Shown here: one piece after another, positions 1 to 11,024 of the stretch
Layout: each line of letters begins with the position of its first letter
Numbering within the stretch: the first letter of the stretch is position 1
NCBI GenBank assembly: GCA_049521795.1
Contig: JBEKOM010000004.1
Location: forward strand, 64,001-128,000
Length of the DNA stretch: 64,000 bases
Source: Candidatus Bathyarchaeia archaeon
Lineage (GTDB): Archaea; Thermoproteota; Bathyarchaeia; Bathyarchaeales; Bathycorpusculaceae
Direction: 5' to 3'
Notes under the pieces: generated by a model
What the model was told of the DNA's origin: nothing
Databases searched by the model: none
The model's input: only the letters and a program-made list of their open reading frames with translations
Translations under genes and position numbers: made by a program

Positions 1-1
1 C

Positions 2-415
2 GAGAATCTCAAGAAGAGGTTCGACCGGCAAGTATCTGAAGTGAGGCAGTACGCTAATGAACGCTTAGTAATTGAACTGTTGGATGTCGTTGATGAGTTG
101 GAGTTGGCCATCAAATCTGGCCGCTCTTCAGGCTCTGCGGAAGCGCTGATCCAAGGCGTTGAGTTGACCCTCAAGAAGCTCCGAAAAATCTTGGAAAACG
201 AGGGTGTCGTGCCGATAAAGTGCGTAGGTGAAGCTTTCGACCCTTCAAAACACAGCGCTGTTGCGAAAATCGAAAAGGAAGGCGTCGAAGGGTGTAAGAT
301 AGTTGAAGAAGTGCGGAAGGGCTATACGATGAGAGAAAAGGTGATTAGACCGAGCATAGTTAAGGTTGTCGTGAAACCTTCAAAATCACAAGAGGAGATG
401 AATTCAAATGAGTAG
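2..415 (+). CDS. grpE: Nucleotide exchange factor GrpE (5'-truncated by window edge)
   Basis: Frame open from base 2 ([10 protein letters not shown]...); motifs [31 protein letters not shown]; directly upstream of dnaK. Confidence 0.95.
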   Translation, partial: ENLKKRFDRQVSEVRQYANERLVIELLDVVDELELAIKSGRSSGSAEALIQGVELTLKKLRKILENEGVVPIKCVGEAFDPSKHSAVAKIEKEGVEGCKIVEEVRKGYTMREKVIRPSIVKVVVKPSKSQEEMNSNE

Positions 416-2297
416 TGTGAAACCCGGGGAAAGAATTCTGGGCATAGACTTGGGAACTACAAACTCTGCGGCCGCCATCTATGAAGGCGGAAGGGCCACT
501 GTGATCCCTAGTGCTGAAGGGCCTACGATGGCTGGCAAGATGTTTCCTTCAGTCGTCGCGTTCACCAAGGATGGCACGCTTCTAATCGGCGAATCGGCGA
601 AGAGGCAGGCGACGGCGAATCCTGAAGGCACGATATATGAAATAAAGAGGAAAATGGGAACTGACTACAAAGTAACCATAGCGGGGAAGGAATACACTCC
701 TCAACAAATCTCTGCATTCATACTGCAGAAGATAAAAAAAGACGCTGAAACGTACTTGGCCACCACGCTAAGGAAGGCCGTGATAACGGTCCCCGCTCAC
801 TTCAATGATAACCAACGTCAAGCCACGAAAGACGCGGGAGAAATAGCCGGCTTCGAAGTTGCAAGGATAATAAACGAGCCGACCGCGGCCTGTTTGGCCT
901 ACGGGATCGATAAGCTGGAAAAGGAGATGAAGATTCTTGTTTTCAGCTTTGGCGGCGGCACACACGACGTCACTGTTATGGATTTCGGCAAAGGAGTATT
1001 CCAAGTGCTCTCAACGAGCGGAGACACCCAGATCGGCGGCACAGACTTGGACAAAGCGGTAATGGACTTTCTCATAGAAGAGTTCCAAAGACAAACAGGC
1101 ATAGACCTGCGAGGCGACAAAATGGCGATCTCTAGGTTGAAGGAGGCTGCTGAGAAAGCAAAGATAGAGTTGTCAACTCTGATGACGACAGATATAGACC
1201 TGCCATTCTTACACACCGATGCCTCAGGACCCAAGCACCTTCACCTCACGTTGTCCAGAGCTAAACTTGAAGCCCTAGCTCAACCGATAGTCCAGAAGAC
1301 GCAGCGCACGATGGTGAAAGCCCTTGAAGACGCGAAGCTGACTCCAAAAGACGTAGACAAGATAATTCTCATCGGCGGAATGACAAGGATGCCCTACGTT
1401 CAACGGTTTGTCGAGCAGATAATGGGAAAACCAGCAGAAAGAGGCATAGACCCGATGGAATGCGTCGCAATCGGTGCAGCAATACAGGGAGCCGTGCTGA
1501 CAGGAGAGGTTAAAGACCTTTTGCTTCTTGACGTTACCCCACTCTCGCTCGGGGTTGAAACGCTTGGCCACGTGTTCACAAGAATCATGGAGAAGAACAC
1601 CACGATCCCGACGAGGCGAAGCCAAGTGTTCACGACGGCAGCAGACTTCCAGACAGCTGTTACGATACATGTTCTTCAGGGTGAACGCCAAATGGCACCT
1701 GACAACGTTTCCCTCGGCATGTTCAATCTGGAAGGCATCCCACCGTCTCCAAGAGGCGTACCGCAGATCGAAGTAACCTTCGACATTGACGCGAACGGAA
1801 TACTGAACGTGACGGCAAAGGACCTGGGCACAGGCAAGGTAGCGAAAATAACGATAACAGCCTCAACGAAGCTGTCCAAAGAAGAAAAAGAGCGGCTCAT
1901 CAAAGACGCGGAGCAATTTGCCGAGCAAGACAAGAGGAAACGTGAAGAAGCTGAGGCCAGAAACAACGCTGACAACATGATCTACACAGCGGAGAAAACC
2001 AAGAAAGACCTAGGAGAGAAACTCAATCAGGACCAAAAGAACAGGATAGATGCTGCAGTCTCGGCTCTGAAAGACGCACTCGCCGGAACAGACACGGACA
2101 AGATCAAGGCAAAATCTGAAGAACTGATGAAAGTACTTCAAGAAGTCGGAACAACGATATATCAGCAGGCAGCTGCTGAACAGGCAAAGGAGCAGGGACA
2201 GCAAGGACAACCGGGACAACCCGGCGGAGAAGCAGCTCAAGAGCCCGGCCCAAGCGGAGACAAAGTGGTCGACTCAGAGGATTACAAGGTGAAATAG
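408..2297 (+). CDS. dnaK: Chaperone DnaK (Hsp70)
   Basis: [52 protein letters not shown]. Confidence 0.98.
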   Translation: MSSVKPGERILGIDLGTTNSAAAIYEGGRATVIPSAEGPTMAGKMFPSVVAFTKDGTLLIGESAKRQATANPEGTIYEIKRKMGTDYKVTIAGKEYTPQQISAFILQKIKKDAETYLATTLRKAVITVPAHFNDNQRQATKDAGEIAGFEVARIINEPTAACLAYGIDKLEKEMKILVFSFGGGTHDVTVMDFGKGVFQVLSTSGDTQIGGTDLDKAVMDFLIEEFQRQTGIDLRGDKMAISRLKEAAEKAKIELSTLMTTDIDLPFLHTDASGPKHLHLTLSRAKLEALAQPIVQKTQRTMVKALEDAKLTPKDVDKIILIGGMTRMPYVQRFVEQIMGKPAERGIDPMECVAIGAAIQGAVLTGEVKDLLLLDVTPLSLGVETLGHVFTRIMEKNTTIPTRRSQVFTTAADFQTAVTIHVLQGERQMAPDNVSLGMFNLEGIPPSPRGVPQIEVTFDIDANGILNVTAKDLGTGKVAKITITASTKLSKEEKERLIKDAEQFAEQDKRKREEAEARNNADNMIYTAEKTKKDLGEKLNQDQKNRIDAAVSALKDALAGTDTDKIKAKSEELMKVLQEVGTTIYQQAAAEQAKEQGQQGQPGQPGGEAAQEPGPSGDKVVDSEDYKVK

Positions 2298-2350
2298 AGT
2301 TCTAGGCATACCTGATCTTGAAACTGCATCACCAGTCTGATGGTAAGGAG

Positions 2351-3472
2351 ATGGCCAGTAAAAGAGATTACTACGAGGTTCTCGGCGTTTCCAGAACCGC
2401 TTCTAAAGACGAAATCAAAGATGCTTACAGAAAGCTGGCGTTGCAATACCACCCAGACAGAAACAAAGCCGCCGACGCAGAGGAGAAGTTCAAGGAAATA
2501 TCCGAAGCCTACGCCGTGTTATCAGACGACGAAAAGCGCACGCAGTATAATCAGCTAGGCCACGCAGGTTTTGACCAACGCTACACCAGAGAGGACATAT
2601 TCAGGGGCGCAGACTTCGAGTCCATATTCAGAGACATGGGCGGCGGCTTCGGTCTGGGAGACGTCTTCCGAGTCTTCTTCGGCGGAGGAGACTTTGAGGA
2701 AAGGGTCACAAGAGGCAGAGACCTAGCATACGACCTTGAGGTCACACTGGAAGAAGCAGCAAGAGGCGCCGAGAAGGAAATAGAGATCTCAAGAGCCGAA
2801 AAATGCGACGTCTGCGGAGGCAGTGGAGCGGCCCCAAACAGCCCGCCCAGAACCTGCCCTAGATGCAACGGAGCTGGAAGAGTACAGAGTACAACAAGAA
2901 ACGCCTTCGGCACGTTTGTACGAGTCGTACCATGCCCCACGTGCGGCGGAAGAGGAAGGATCATAGACAAACTGTGCCCAAGGTGTAGAGGCAACGGTTT
3001 GATTGAGAGAGAACGAAGAATCACCGTGAAGGTGCCTTCAGGCATAGATGAAGGATATCAGCTTAGACTCTCAGGAGAGGGAGAAATGTCTGCAGAAGCA
3101 AGGTCTCCTGGGGACCTTTACGTTGTGATCCATATAGCCGCGCACCCGTACTTCAAGAGAGACGAAGATGATCTCCTCTACAGTCTAACGATAGGCTTCC
3201 CTCAAGCGGCCTTAGGCACAGATGTTTCAATCCCGACTCTTGAAGGAAACACCAGCTTCACAATTCACCCTGGAACGCAGCCAGGTGAAACAATCAGGCT
3301 GAGAGGGAAAGGCATGCCGAGGTTCAGAGGGTACGGGAGAGGCGACATGCTGGTACGAGTTGAGATAGAAGTCCCTGAGAAGTTGACTCAGCAACAGAGA
3401 ACCCTGCTTGAACAGTTGGCCAAAGAATTTGAGCAAAGTGTGAAACCGAAGGGTCACAGGCTAAGGCTCTAG
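2351..3472 (+). CDS. dnaJ: Chaperone DnaJ
   Basis: J-domain HPD, four CxxCxGxG repeats; ATG 2351 follows AAGGAG. Confidence 0.97.
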   Translation: MASKRDYYEVLGVSRTASKDEIKDAYRKLALQYHPDRNKAADAEEKFKEISEAYAVLSDDEKRTQYNQLGHAGFDQRYTREDIFRGADFESIFRDMGGGFGLGDVFRVFFGGGDFEERVTRGRDLAYDLEVTLEEAARGAEKEIEISRAEKCDVCGGSGAAPNSPPRTCPRCNGAGRVQSTTRNAFGTFVRVVPCPTCGGRGRIIDKLCPRCRGNGLIERERRITVKVPSGIDEGYQLRLSGEGEMSAEARSPGDLYVVIHIAAHPYFKRDEDDLLYSLTIGFPQAALGTDVSIPTLEGNTSFTIHPGTQPGETIRLRGKGMPRFRGYGRGDMLVRVEIEVPEKLTQQQRTLLEQLAKEFEQSVKPKGHRLRL

Positions 3473-3539
3473 CAGTTTTAGTAACCCCAATTTTTCTTTG
3501 CCCGCTCAGTAGTTTTCGCACTAAACCTCATAGAAGCTT

Positions 3540-3854
3540 CTACATGACATCAAGTTGCCCCACAGTGTGATGCCCTACCTCGTAACCTTCTTTTTCGCAG
3601 AATTCCAGAATCCTTGCAACAGCTCTCAAATCAATTGCTTTTATCCTCTCTTCTTCAGGTCCAACGATTTCGATGATTATCCCGACGCCTGCGACTCCGC
3701 AGCAAGTGTGTACGTTCTTGTAGACTCTTATGTCGTAGTCTTTTGGAACTCCTATTTCCTTTACGGATTTCTTTATTTCGTTCACTAAGAAGTCGATCTG
3801 GTATGGGTGGTTCGCATTGACGAAATAGATTTCCCTGCAGCTTATTTTGGACAT
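3540..3854 (-). CDS. Hypothetical protein with HTCCG motif
   Basis: 104-aa ORF abutting the upstream Lrp/AsnC gene. Confidence 0.7.
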   Translation of the reverse strand: MSKISCREIYFVNANHPYQIDFLVNEIKKSVKEIGVPKDYDIRVYKNVHTCCGVAGVGIIIEIVGPEEERIKAIDLRAVARILEFCEKEGYEVGHHTVGQLDVM

Positions 3855-4091
3855 TCATCTCCCCTTGAAAGTAATCAAAGTAATAGTCTCCTTTATCCCT
3901 TCAATGGTACGCAGTTTTGCGAAGACGAACTCGTCTAGGTTTTCAGTCGTGGGAAACGAAACTTCAACGTGTAAATCATAGTGTCCATACGTAGGAACTG
4001 CACTGCAAATCCCCGGTAACTTCTTGACTTCTTTGAGTACAATTTCATCCTTTCCGGCTTCGACTTTTGCCAATACGTATGCGGTAACCAA
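3855..4091 (-). CDS. Lrp/AsnC ligand-binding (RAM) domain protein
   Basis: AYVLAKVEAGK, TYGHYDL, LRTIEGIKETITLI pattern; probable TTG start. Confidence 0.85.
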   Translation of the reverse strand: MVTAYVLAKVEAGKDEIVLKEVKKLPGICSAVPTYGHYDLHVEVSFPTTENLDEFVFAKLRTIEGIKETITLITFKGR

Positions 4092-4194
4092 TTCATGCTC
4101 CCTTCTCACGAGCGCCCGCGCGCAACAGATAGAAAGACATACTGTGTTAAATACTTCTTCGGTTCAAGAGGCTGCAAACTAAGGGAAAAGCAAA

Positions 4195-4398
4195 ATGATT
4201 AAAGGGTTTTTCTACGTCGGCATTGCTTTGATAGTCATCGCATTGATACTTGGCGGAGTGCAAGATCTCCATGTTTACAGCATTTACGGCAGTGGAGCAA
4301 ACAAATGGTATTTCTACGGTTTTGTCGGAATCGTCTTCTTGATTGGCATTGCACTCGTGGTATGGTCCTACATGAAAAGGCAAAAGCCTCAAAAGTGA
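4195..4398 (+). CDS. Small two-helix membrane protein
   Basis: Two hydrophobic segments, basic C-terminus. Confidence 0.65.
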   Translation: MIKGFFYVGIALIVIALILGGVQDLHVYSIYGSGANKWYFYGFVGIVFLIGIALVVWSYMKRQKPQK

Positions 4399-4559
4399 CT
4401 ATTATTCTGTAATCTCACGAGCACAGATTTCAATTGACCAGCAGTTCCGTATGTCAACTAGAATTGCATACATTGCACGCGAAGCTCAAGAAATTGCAAA
4501 TGGATGCTCAGAGTTGAGATCATCAGCCATGAGAAGAAAGAGAAGGGAGAATCACGCAA

Positions 4560-5849
4560 ATGGATGAGTACACTTCAAAAACTCGGACTTCGATGACTCT
4601 TTATGATAGGGCGAAAAAGGTTCTTCCCGCTGGTGTTTCTTACGGGATACGTTATTTTGAGCCATACCCCTTCTACACTGCCAAAGCACACGGAAGTAGG
4701 CTTTGGGACGTTGACGGAAACGAGTACATCGATTTTTGGCTCGGACACGCTGCGCTTATCCTTGGACACAGCCCGAAGGAAGTTGTGAAAGTTGTCAAGA
4801 GACAACTGGAAAATGGAACTCACTACGGAACATCGCACGAACTGGAAATCGCGCTAGCTGAACAGGTTGTCAAAATGGTTCCGAACTCCGAAATGGTTCG
4901 CTTCACCAATTCTGGAACAGAAGCAAACATGTACGCTACCAGACTGGCGCGTGCGTTCACGGGCAGAGACACGATTGCCAAATTTGAAGGTGGATGGCAT
5001 GGAGGTTACGACGCACTCCACGTGGGTGTGAAACAGCCCTTCGACCTTCCGGAATCGGCAGGCTTAACGCATGGGGCTCTTCAAGACACTGTTCTTTTGC
5101 CTTTCAACGACCTCGAAGGGGTTGAGAAGAGACTGAAAAACAAGCAGCCTGCCTCCATCGTTATCGAACCCGTGTTAGGAGCCGGAGGAGCAGTGCCAGC
5201 TGAAAAAGAATTCCTGAAAGGCTTGAGAGAATTCTGTGACAGGAAAGATATTCTACTGATCTTTGATGAAGTGATCACGGGGTTCCGGTTGGCTCCAGGA
5301 GGGGGACAACAGTTCTACGGCGTAAACGCTGACATAACCGTTCTAGGAAAGATTCTGGGAGGAGGCTTCCCTGTTGGCGCTTTCTGCGGGTCGAAGAAGA
5401 TAATGGAGAGGATAGACAACGTCGCCTACAAGCGTCCGGACTACTCTTTTCACGGAGGAACCTTCACCGGAAACCCGATGACAATGATTGCAGGACTCAC
5501 GACACTGAAAACCCTGGAAGATGGCAGGTTGACAAGCCGTCTCAACAGGCAGGGCGACGAAATCAGGAAGAGACTGCGACGGATCTTTGAAAAGCATAAC
5601 GTAGACGCGCAAGTCGTTGGCTTGGGGTCCTTGTTTAATGTTCACTTCACAAAAGAGCGGATAAGAGATGCCCTCGCCGTCTTTCGAGCAGACAAGAAGA
5701 GGCTTCTCGAATACAACTTAGCATTAATGGCAAACGGAATCTTCTTCCTACCGACTCACTGCGGAGCCTTGAGCGCTGCCCACTCAGAAGCGGACGTCGA
5801 GAGACTTTTCAAGGAAACAGAGCACTATTTAGAACAATATGAAAAGTAG
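4560..5849 (+). CDS. Class III aminotransferase, glutamate-1-semialdehyde aminomutase-like
   Basis: RFTNSGTEA, LIFDEVITGFR, LGKILGGGFPVG (PLP lysine), GTFTGNP. Confidence 0.9.
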   Translation: MDEYTSKTRTSMTLYDRAKKVLPAGVSYGIRYFEPYPFYTAKAHGSRLWDVDGNEYIDFWLGHAALILGHSPKEVVKVVKRQLENGTHYGTSHELEIALAEQVVKMVPNSEMVRFTNSGTEANMYATRLARAFTGRDTIAKFEGGWHGGYDALHVGVKQPFDLPESAGLTHGALQDTVLLPFNDLEGVEKRLKNKQPASIVIEPVLGAGGAVPAEKEFLKGLREFCDRKDILLIFDEVITGFRLAPGGGQQFYGVNADITVLGKILGGGFPVGAFCGSKKIMERIDNVAYKRPDYSFHGGTFTGNPMTMIAGLTTLKTLEDGRLTSRLNRQGDEIRKRLRRIFEKHNVDAQVVGLGSLFNVHFTKERIRDALAVFRADKKRLLEYNLALMANGIFFLPTHCGALSAAHSEADVERLFKETEHYLEQYEK

Positions 5850-5952
5850 CGCGAATGTGTGCAGCCTCCACTTGTTGATATTCAATAGATAGGGGCGTTC
5901 TGAAAATCTTTATATTGATTTGAGACGTTTGGGCTAACCTAAGAAGATCACA

Positions 5953-7797
5953 ATGAGTATTGCAAAGCCTCTTCTCGATTATGCTAAGTCTCTTAAACCG
6001 CAGAAGGGTTTCGCGCAGTCCTTTTCGGATTTCAAAAGACTCTTGCATTATCACAGGAGATACCCTTGGCACGTCTCGGCTATAGTTGTTCTTGCATTGA
6101 TAAGGTCCATTTTGTTCTCGCTCGAACCATTGTATACCTCCTACATTATCATCTACGTCATAGGACCCCCGACTGACACTAGTCTGTTGATGACCTATCT
6201 ACTCATTATCGTACTGGCCGGAATAGGCTACGCCATAACAAACTTCATTCTGACTTACGTGCACGGGATAATGTCCCAGTATATAGTGCGAGACATAAGG
6301 TCCGAGTATTACCGTTCGCTTCAGAGCAAATCCTTCAGTTTTTACGATTCTGTAGGCGTTGGAGATCTAACGTCAAGAGCCACAGTGGACCTTCAATTAG
6401 TCGACATGTTTCTGAGAACATGGCTGGGTACCGTTCTTAACGCCATCTTCACAACAATCATCATCGTTGTGATAACTCTCTCAATAAGCCCGACTATGAC
6501 CCTGATCTCCATGGCCACGATGCCGCTCATCTTCTATTTCACAACGCGCCTATGGATAGACACGATGCCCCTCTTCAGAAACATGCAGCTAATCATAGGA
6601 AGATTGACTTCATACATACAGCAAAACATCGTCGGAATGAAAACAGTCAGGATATTCCGCCGAGAAAAAGATGTTGTCGATGGATTCAAAGACGTGGAAG
6701 ACATATACGTGAACACTGCAATCACCGCGGGCAAAATACAATCAATCTACATGCCACTCGGTCCAGCGATACTCACGCTTGGAGCAGCACTGGTCTACGT
6801 TTACGCAGGAATTACGCTGGGTGTTCCATACTCAGCCCTGGCGGTTGCTCAAATTGGCTACTTGATTCTCTTTGTCAGATACATGATGAGACTGACCTTT
6901 CCCATAAGGGATGTAAGCCAGACTCTTGGCACGTGGATTGCCGCTTACGCGGGATTGGAAAGAGTGCAAGAAATGATAGATGCTCCAAGAGGCGTTGAAG
7001 ACTTGCCTAACGCCAGAGACATTAGGATAGAAAAAGGAAAACTTGAGCTGGAAAACGTCACGTTTGGGTACGTGAAAGACAAGCCTGTGCTAAATAACGT
7101 CACTTTCACTGTGCAGCCAGGTGAAAAAATAGCGATACTGGGCGCAACAGGGTCCGGAAAGAGTTCTCTGATATACCTAATCCCAAGGTTTTATGACATC
7201 CAGGGGGGAAGCATTAGAATAGATGGCACGGATATCCACGAATTCAAACTGGCTTCGCTCAGACGGCAGATAGGCGTAGTGCTGCAAGATGTTTTCCTGT
7301 TTTCTGGAACGATGAAGGAGAACATTGCCTTCGGTAAGCCTGACGCCTCGATGGATGAAATAGTCCAAGCTGCTAAATCAGCCAAAATACACGATTTCAT
7401 TGAATCCCTTCCATCTGGTTACGACACACCTGTTGGGGAAAGGGGGATCACGCTTTCGGGAGGCCAGAAGCAGAGAATAACCATAGCGAGAGCGCTCGTG
7501 GGCAACCCGAGGATGCTGATAATGGACGATTCGCTCTCCTTTGTGGACGCAAAGACGGAGCAAGAAATTCAATCCGCAATAGAAGAAGCAACAAAGACAA
7601 GGACAACCCTCATAATCGCGCAGAGATTCTCAACGATAAAGACGGCTAAAAAGATACTTGTCCTTGAGAATGGTTCAGTAGCGGAATTTGGCACCCACGA
7701 GGAGCTCATGGCAAGAGATGGCGTCTACAAGAAGGTCTATGAAACCCAGTTTGTCCAAAAAGCTTCACCTATCCTACGGGAAGGAGGTGGTTCCTAG
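5953..7797 (+). CDS. ABC exporter subunit (fused TMD-NBD, degenerate-site half)
   Basis: TM domain, GATGSGKS, LSGGQKQR, Walker B IMDD, Q in place of the H-switch (IAQR). Confidence 0.93.
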   Translation: MSIAKPLLDYAKSLKPQKGFAQSFSDFKRLLHYHRRYPWHVSAIVVLALIRSILFSLEPLYTSYIIIYVIGPPTDTSLLMTYLLIIVLAGIGYAITNFILTYVHGIMSQYIVRDIRSEYYRSLQSKSFSFYDSVGVGDLTSRATVDLQLVDMFLRTWLGTVLNAIFTTIIIVVITLSISPTMTLISMATMPLIFYFTTRLWIDTMPLFRNMQLIIGRLTSYIQQNIVGMKTVRIFRREKDVVDGFKDVEDIYVNTAITAGKIQSIYMPLGPAILTLGAALVYVYAGITLGVPYSALAVAQIGYLILFVRYMMRLTFPIRDVSQTLGTWIAAYAGLERVQEMIDAPRGVEDLPNARDIRIEKGKLELENVTFGYVKDKPVLNNVTFTVQPGEKIAILGATGSGKSSLIYLIPRFYDIQGGSIRIDGTDIHEFKLASLRRQIGVVLQDVFLFSGTMKENIAFGKPDASMDEIVQAAKSAKIHDFIESLPSGYDTPVGERGITLSGGQKQRITIARALVGNPRMLIMDDSLSFVDAKTEQEIQSAIEEATKTRTTLIIAQRFSTIKTAKKILVLENGSVAEFGTHEELMARDGVYKKVYETQFVQKASPILREGGGS

Positions 7798-8858
7798 TGT
7801 CAGGTTCGTATGGAACTTTCTCGACGAAAGAGGAAGAGAGAAGAAAAAGAACCGTCCCTGACCGGGTGCTGATCAGAAGGGTCTACGAGTACGCTCAAGC
7901 CCACAAACGAAACCTGCAAATCGGCGTTACCGCCACGATAGCCGGCGCCTTCACCGGCCTAGCTGCCCCCTACATGCACGCGATAGCTATCGACAGCATA
8001 ATAACGCCGAAAAACCTTTCGAGCTTCATATGGTGGATCCCCCTGTTCGCCGCCATCATTCTAGGCAACTATCTCTTCCAGTACATCCAAACCTATCAAA
8101 TGCGCATAGTGGGAGAAAAAGTGGTTGCAAAGATGCGGGACGACATGATGGAAAAACTGCAGGTCATCTCTCTCAAGTATTTTTCAGAAGGCGAAGCTGG
8201 GAGAATCATTTCCCGCCCGACCAACGACGCCAACACCGTCAGAATATTCATCAGAGTTGGACTGACGAGCATTCTGGTAGACATCTCCTCGATACTAGGC
8301 GCCTTCGCAATCATGTTCTTTCTTGACCTTCGACTGTCACTTCTGGCCATCTCGGTTCTGCCCGTGGCCATAGTGCTAGTCTGGTACCTCGGAAAATACT
8401 CAAGAGCTGCTTACAGGAGAACGCTAATCACGACTTCAGGGTTGACGGCAAGGTTACAGGAAGACTTGGCAGGCATGAAAGTCACCCAAGCTTACGCGCA
8501 GGAGAAAGAGACAGAAAAGAAGTTCCTAAAGAGTCAAGACGAAAACGTCAAGGCTACGATCAGAGCCATCCTCATAGGCTCGTCTTACACGCCGTTTGTG
8601 ATAGCACTGAGGCTGATCGGAACCATGATAATCCTGTTCTTCGGCGTCTACGCCTTGTTGGCCGGAACGATCACGTTAGGAATTCTCGTAGCCTTTATCG
8701 AGTACCAGTTCTCATACTTCATGCCACTGGTTGACCTTGTGACCATGTACGACCAGTACCAGTCGACGATGTCTGCGATTGAAAGAATGTTCGATGTGAT
8801 AGACACGAAAGTCGAAGTCGTCGACGCACCGCCTGAAAGGAGTATCGCGCTCCAATGA
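7797..8858 (+). CDS. ABC exporter partner subunit, transmembrane part (split from its NBD)
   Basis: ABC membrane domain ending just before the NBD; overlaps next ORF at ATGA. Confidence 0.85.
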   Translation: MSGSYGTFSTKEEERRKRTVPDRVLIRRVYEYAQAHKRNLQIGVTATIAGAFTGLAAPYMHAIAIDSIITPKNLSSFIWWIPLFAAIILGNYLFQYIQTYQMRIVGEKVVAKMRDDMMEKLQVISLKYFSEGEAGRIISRPTNDANTVRIFIRVGLTSILVDISSILGAFAIMFFLDLRLSLLAISVLPVAIVLVWYLGKYSRAAYRRTLITTSGLTARLQEDLAGMKVTQAYAQEKETEKKFLKSQDENVKATIRAILIGSSYTPFVIALRLIGTMIILFFGVYALLAGTITLGILVAFIEYQFSYFMPLVDLVTMYDQYQSTMSAIERMFDVIDTKVEVVDAPPERSIALQ

Positions 8859-9610
8859 TAGAAGAAGTGAGATTCGAAAACGTCAATTTCGCGTACGACG
8901 TCGATGTCCCAGTTTTGAAGAACATCAACTTCACTCTGAAACGCAACATGAAACTCGCGATCGTCGGCCAGACAGGCGCGGGAAAAAGCACGATAATCAA
9001 CCTGCTCGCAAGATTCTACGACCCAGGCGAAGGCAGAATCCTCATCAATGGACATGACATAAGAGACATCCCTCTTGCTTCCTTAAGAGGCCGCATAAGC
9101 ATAGTGCTGCAGGATTCGTTTCTTTTTTCACTTTCCATAAAGGAAAACATAAGGTTCGGGAAACTTGAAGCGTCAGACCAAGAAGTCGTGGACGCAGCAA
9201 AATCCATCGGTGCCCACGATTTCATAATGAAACTTCCCAACGACTACGACTACGTCATACAGGAAGGGTCTTCAAACATATCTATAGGTCAAAGACAACT
9301 CATAAGCTTCGCCAGAACACTACTCGCAAATCCCGAAATCTTGGTGCTGGACGAGGCAACATCCTCAGTTGACGCCTACACCGAACTGGTGATCCAAAGA
9401 GCCCTAAAGAGACTGATGCAAAACAGAATGACGATAATAATCGCACATCGACTCTCAACGATCAGACTGTGCGACGAAATCCTAACGATCGATCACGGCG
9501 AAATCGTGGAAAGAGGCACGCATGAACAGCTCATGCGCCAGAAAGGATTGTACAGCTCATTCTACAGACTGCAATTCAGAGAAGAAACAGGAACAGACAC
9601 ATCACAATAG
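8855..9610 (+). CDS. ABC exporter partner subunit, ATP-binding part
   Basis: GQTGAGKS, ISIGQRQ, LVLDEATS, IAHRLST. Confidence 0.9.
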   Translation: MIEEVRFENVNFAYDVDVPVLKNINFTLKRNMKLAIVGQTGAGKSTIINLLARFYDPGEGRILINGHDIRDIPLASLRGRISIVLQDSFLFSLSIKENIRFGKLEASDQEVVDAAKSIGAHDFIMKLPNDYDYVIQEGSSNISIGQRQLISFARTLLANPEILVLDEATSSVDAYTELVIQRALKRLMQNRMTIIIAHRLSTIRLCDEILTIDHGEIVERGTHEQLMRQKGLYSSFYRLQFREETGTDTSQ

Positions 9611-9752
9611 TCGATGCGAACAGTCGAAGAGATAAGCCTGAGGCCGTGACAAATCAGATACCGCTAAGTTGAGTCATCCCAAAAACCCAGATTCATCAAA
9701 AACTACTTTTGTACGAATTTAGCAACAGCCTAGCGCGCTGCCTGGCGTCAGA

Positions 9753-9971
9753 CTATAAGCTTGGATTCGATTTAACCTTGAACTTAGAACGTTTGCCGCA
9801 ATGTGGACAATGGATGTAGCGGACACCAAAAAAACCAAACGCTCGTGTCGCGAGCTTGTGTCCATCATAGGTTACAGTAGAATAGTAGAGTCCACCTGGA
9901 CGAACGTGCGGCAATTCTTCGAAATCAAACTCTCCGCCACATTTTGGGCACTTTAAATGTGTGGTTAACAA
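9753..9971 (-). CDS. Small zinc-ribbon protein
   Basis: CPKCG and CPHCG pairs. Confidence 0.65.
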   Translation of the reverse strand: MLTTHLKCPKCGGEFDFEELPHVRPGGLYYSTVTYDGHKLATRAFGFFGVRYIHCPHCGKRSKFKVKSNPSL

Positions 9972-9995
9972 CTAATGAACAAACTCCAATAGCTG

Positions 9996-10292
9996 TCATC
10001 TCTGAGACGGCGGAAACAAGAATTTACGTTTAGTAAAAAACAGCACTGTGAATGCAATAAAGCATAGTGTACCAAAAAAAAGTTCTATAATTCCATCAGT
10101 TATTTCTTGTGCTGCCGTTGTTTCGCTGAAGTGAACAAAAGGACTACTATAATCGATCACTATACCATTCAGCCCATCTGAAAGTCTCCAAGAGCCTATA
10201 ATCAACAAAGTCATTCCCCCGAGAATTAATAAAACTGCTACCACAGGTCCCCATGAAGACGGATATCTGCGGTAATTGGGGTTAGTTGACAC
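9996..10292 (-). CDS. Small membrane protein
   Basis: Two TM segments; AT-rich; upstream TATA-like element. Confidence 0.6.
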   Translation of the reverse strand: MSTNPNYRRYPSSWGPVVAVLLILGGMTLLIIGSWRLSDGLNGIVIDYSSPFVHFSETTAAQEITDGIIELFFGTLCFIAFTVLFFTKRKFLFPPSQR

Positions 10293-10477
10293 AATAATCT
10301 GTAAGGCGATTTTTAATCATAAACCTTTGAGCTCACACGCACCTCGGACAACGCCGTCTGAGCCCTCTAGTTCATGCGAGCAAATTAAGTAGCCTAACTT
10401 AGCAGTGCCCGACAAATCGTAACGCATTTCAATTTGGGATATGAGGCAGAGCCCTTCCGCTTTTTCAAAGATCTATT

Positions 10478-10918
10478 TTAACCTTCTTCGGGAAGATAGC
10501 GAGGCGTCCACAAATATGCTAGAATGTCTCGTATCTCCTTATCCATGTAGTTTTCAAGGTTTCGGGCAACATCGTTGGCTGTCAAGACGCCGTGGAGGGC
10601 TCCTTCTTTAACCACTGCTAGTCTCCGGATCTTGTGTTTTTTCATTATCTTAGCTGCTTCTGTCAGGTCCGCGTTTGGATCGATGGTTACCAGGGGCGTC
10701 GACATTACTTCGGCGACTCTTACACTTTTCGGGTCAAGCCCTTTTGCAGCAACTTTCCAGGTCACATCGCGTTCAGTTACTATGCCAAACGGTTTGCCTT
10801 GCCGCAAGACAATAGCGCATCCCTCTTCTTTTTTGTACATGCTTAGAGAGGCTTCAGCTACAGACACGCCTTCTTCAACGGTGACTATGTTTGTTCTCAT
10901 AGCTTCGGCCGCCCTCAA
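10478..10918 (-). CDS. CBS domain pair protein
   Basis: GIVTERD, VAEVMSTPLVTI, IRRLAVV, GVLTAND. Confidence 0.92.
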   Translation of the reverse strand: MRAAEAMRTNIVTVEEGVSVAEASLSMYKKEEGCAIVLRQGKPFGIVTERDVTWKVAAKGLDPKSVRVAEVMSTPLVTIDPNADLTEAAKIMKKHKIRRLAVVKEGALHGVLTANDVARNLENYMDKEIRDILAYLWTPRYLPEEG

Positions 10919-11024
10919 AAACTTCCCCTTCTTGCTGTTCAGAACAATTCGAATACATTCTTGTGAATCCTAATAATTAAACAATACTATGGCCAGCGCG
11001 CACGCTCCACTCTTGGTTTTTGCT

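Noticed and set aside
768-3521. Antisense and alternate-frame ORFs inside dnaK/dnaJ (and similar ones across the window)
   Set aside because: Shadow ORFs of well-supported genes
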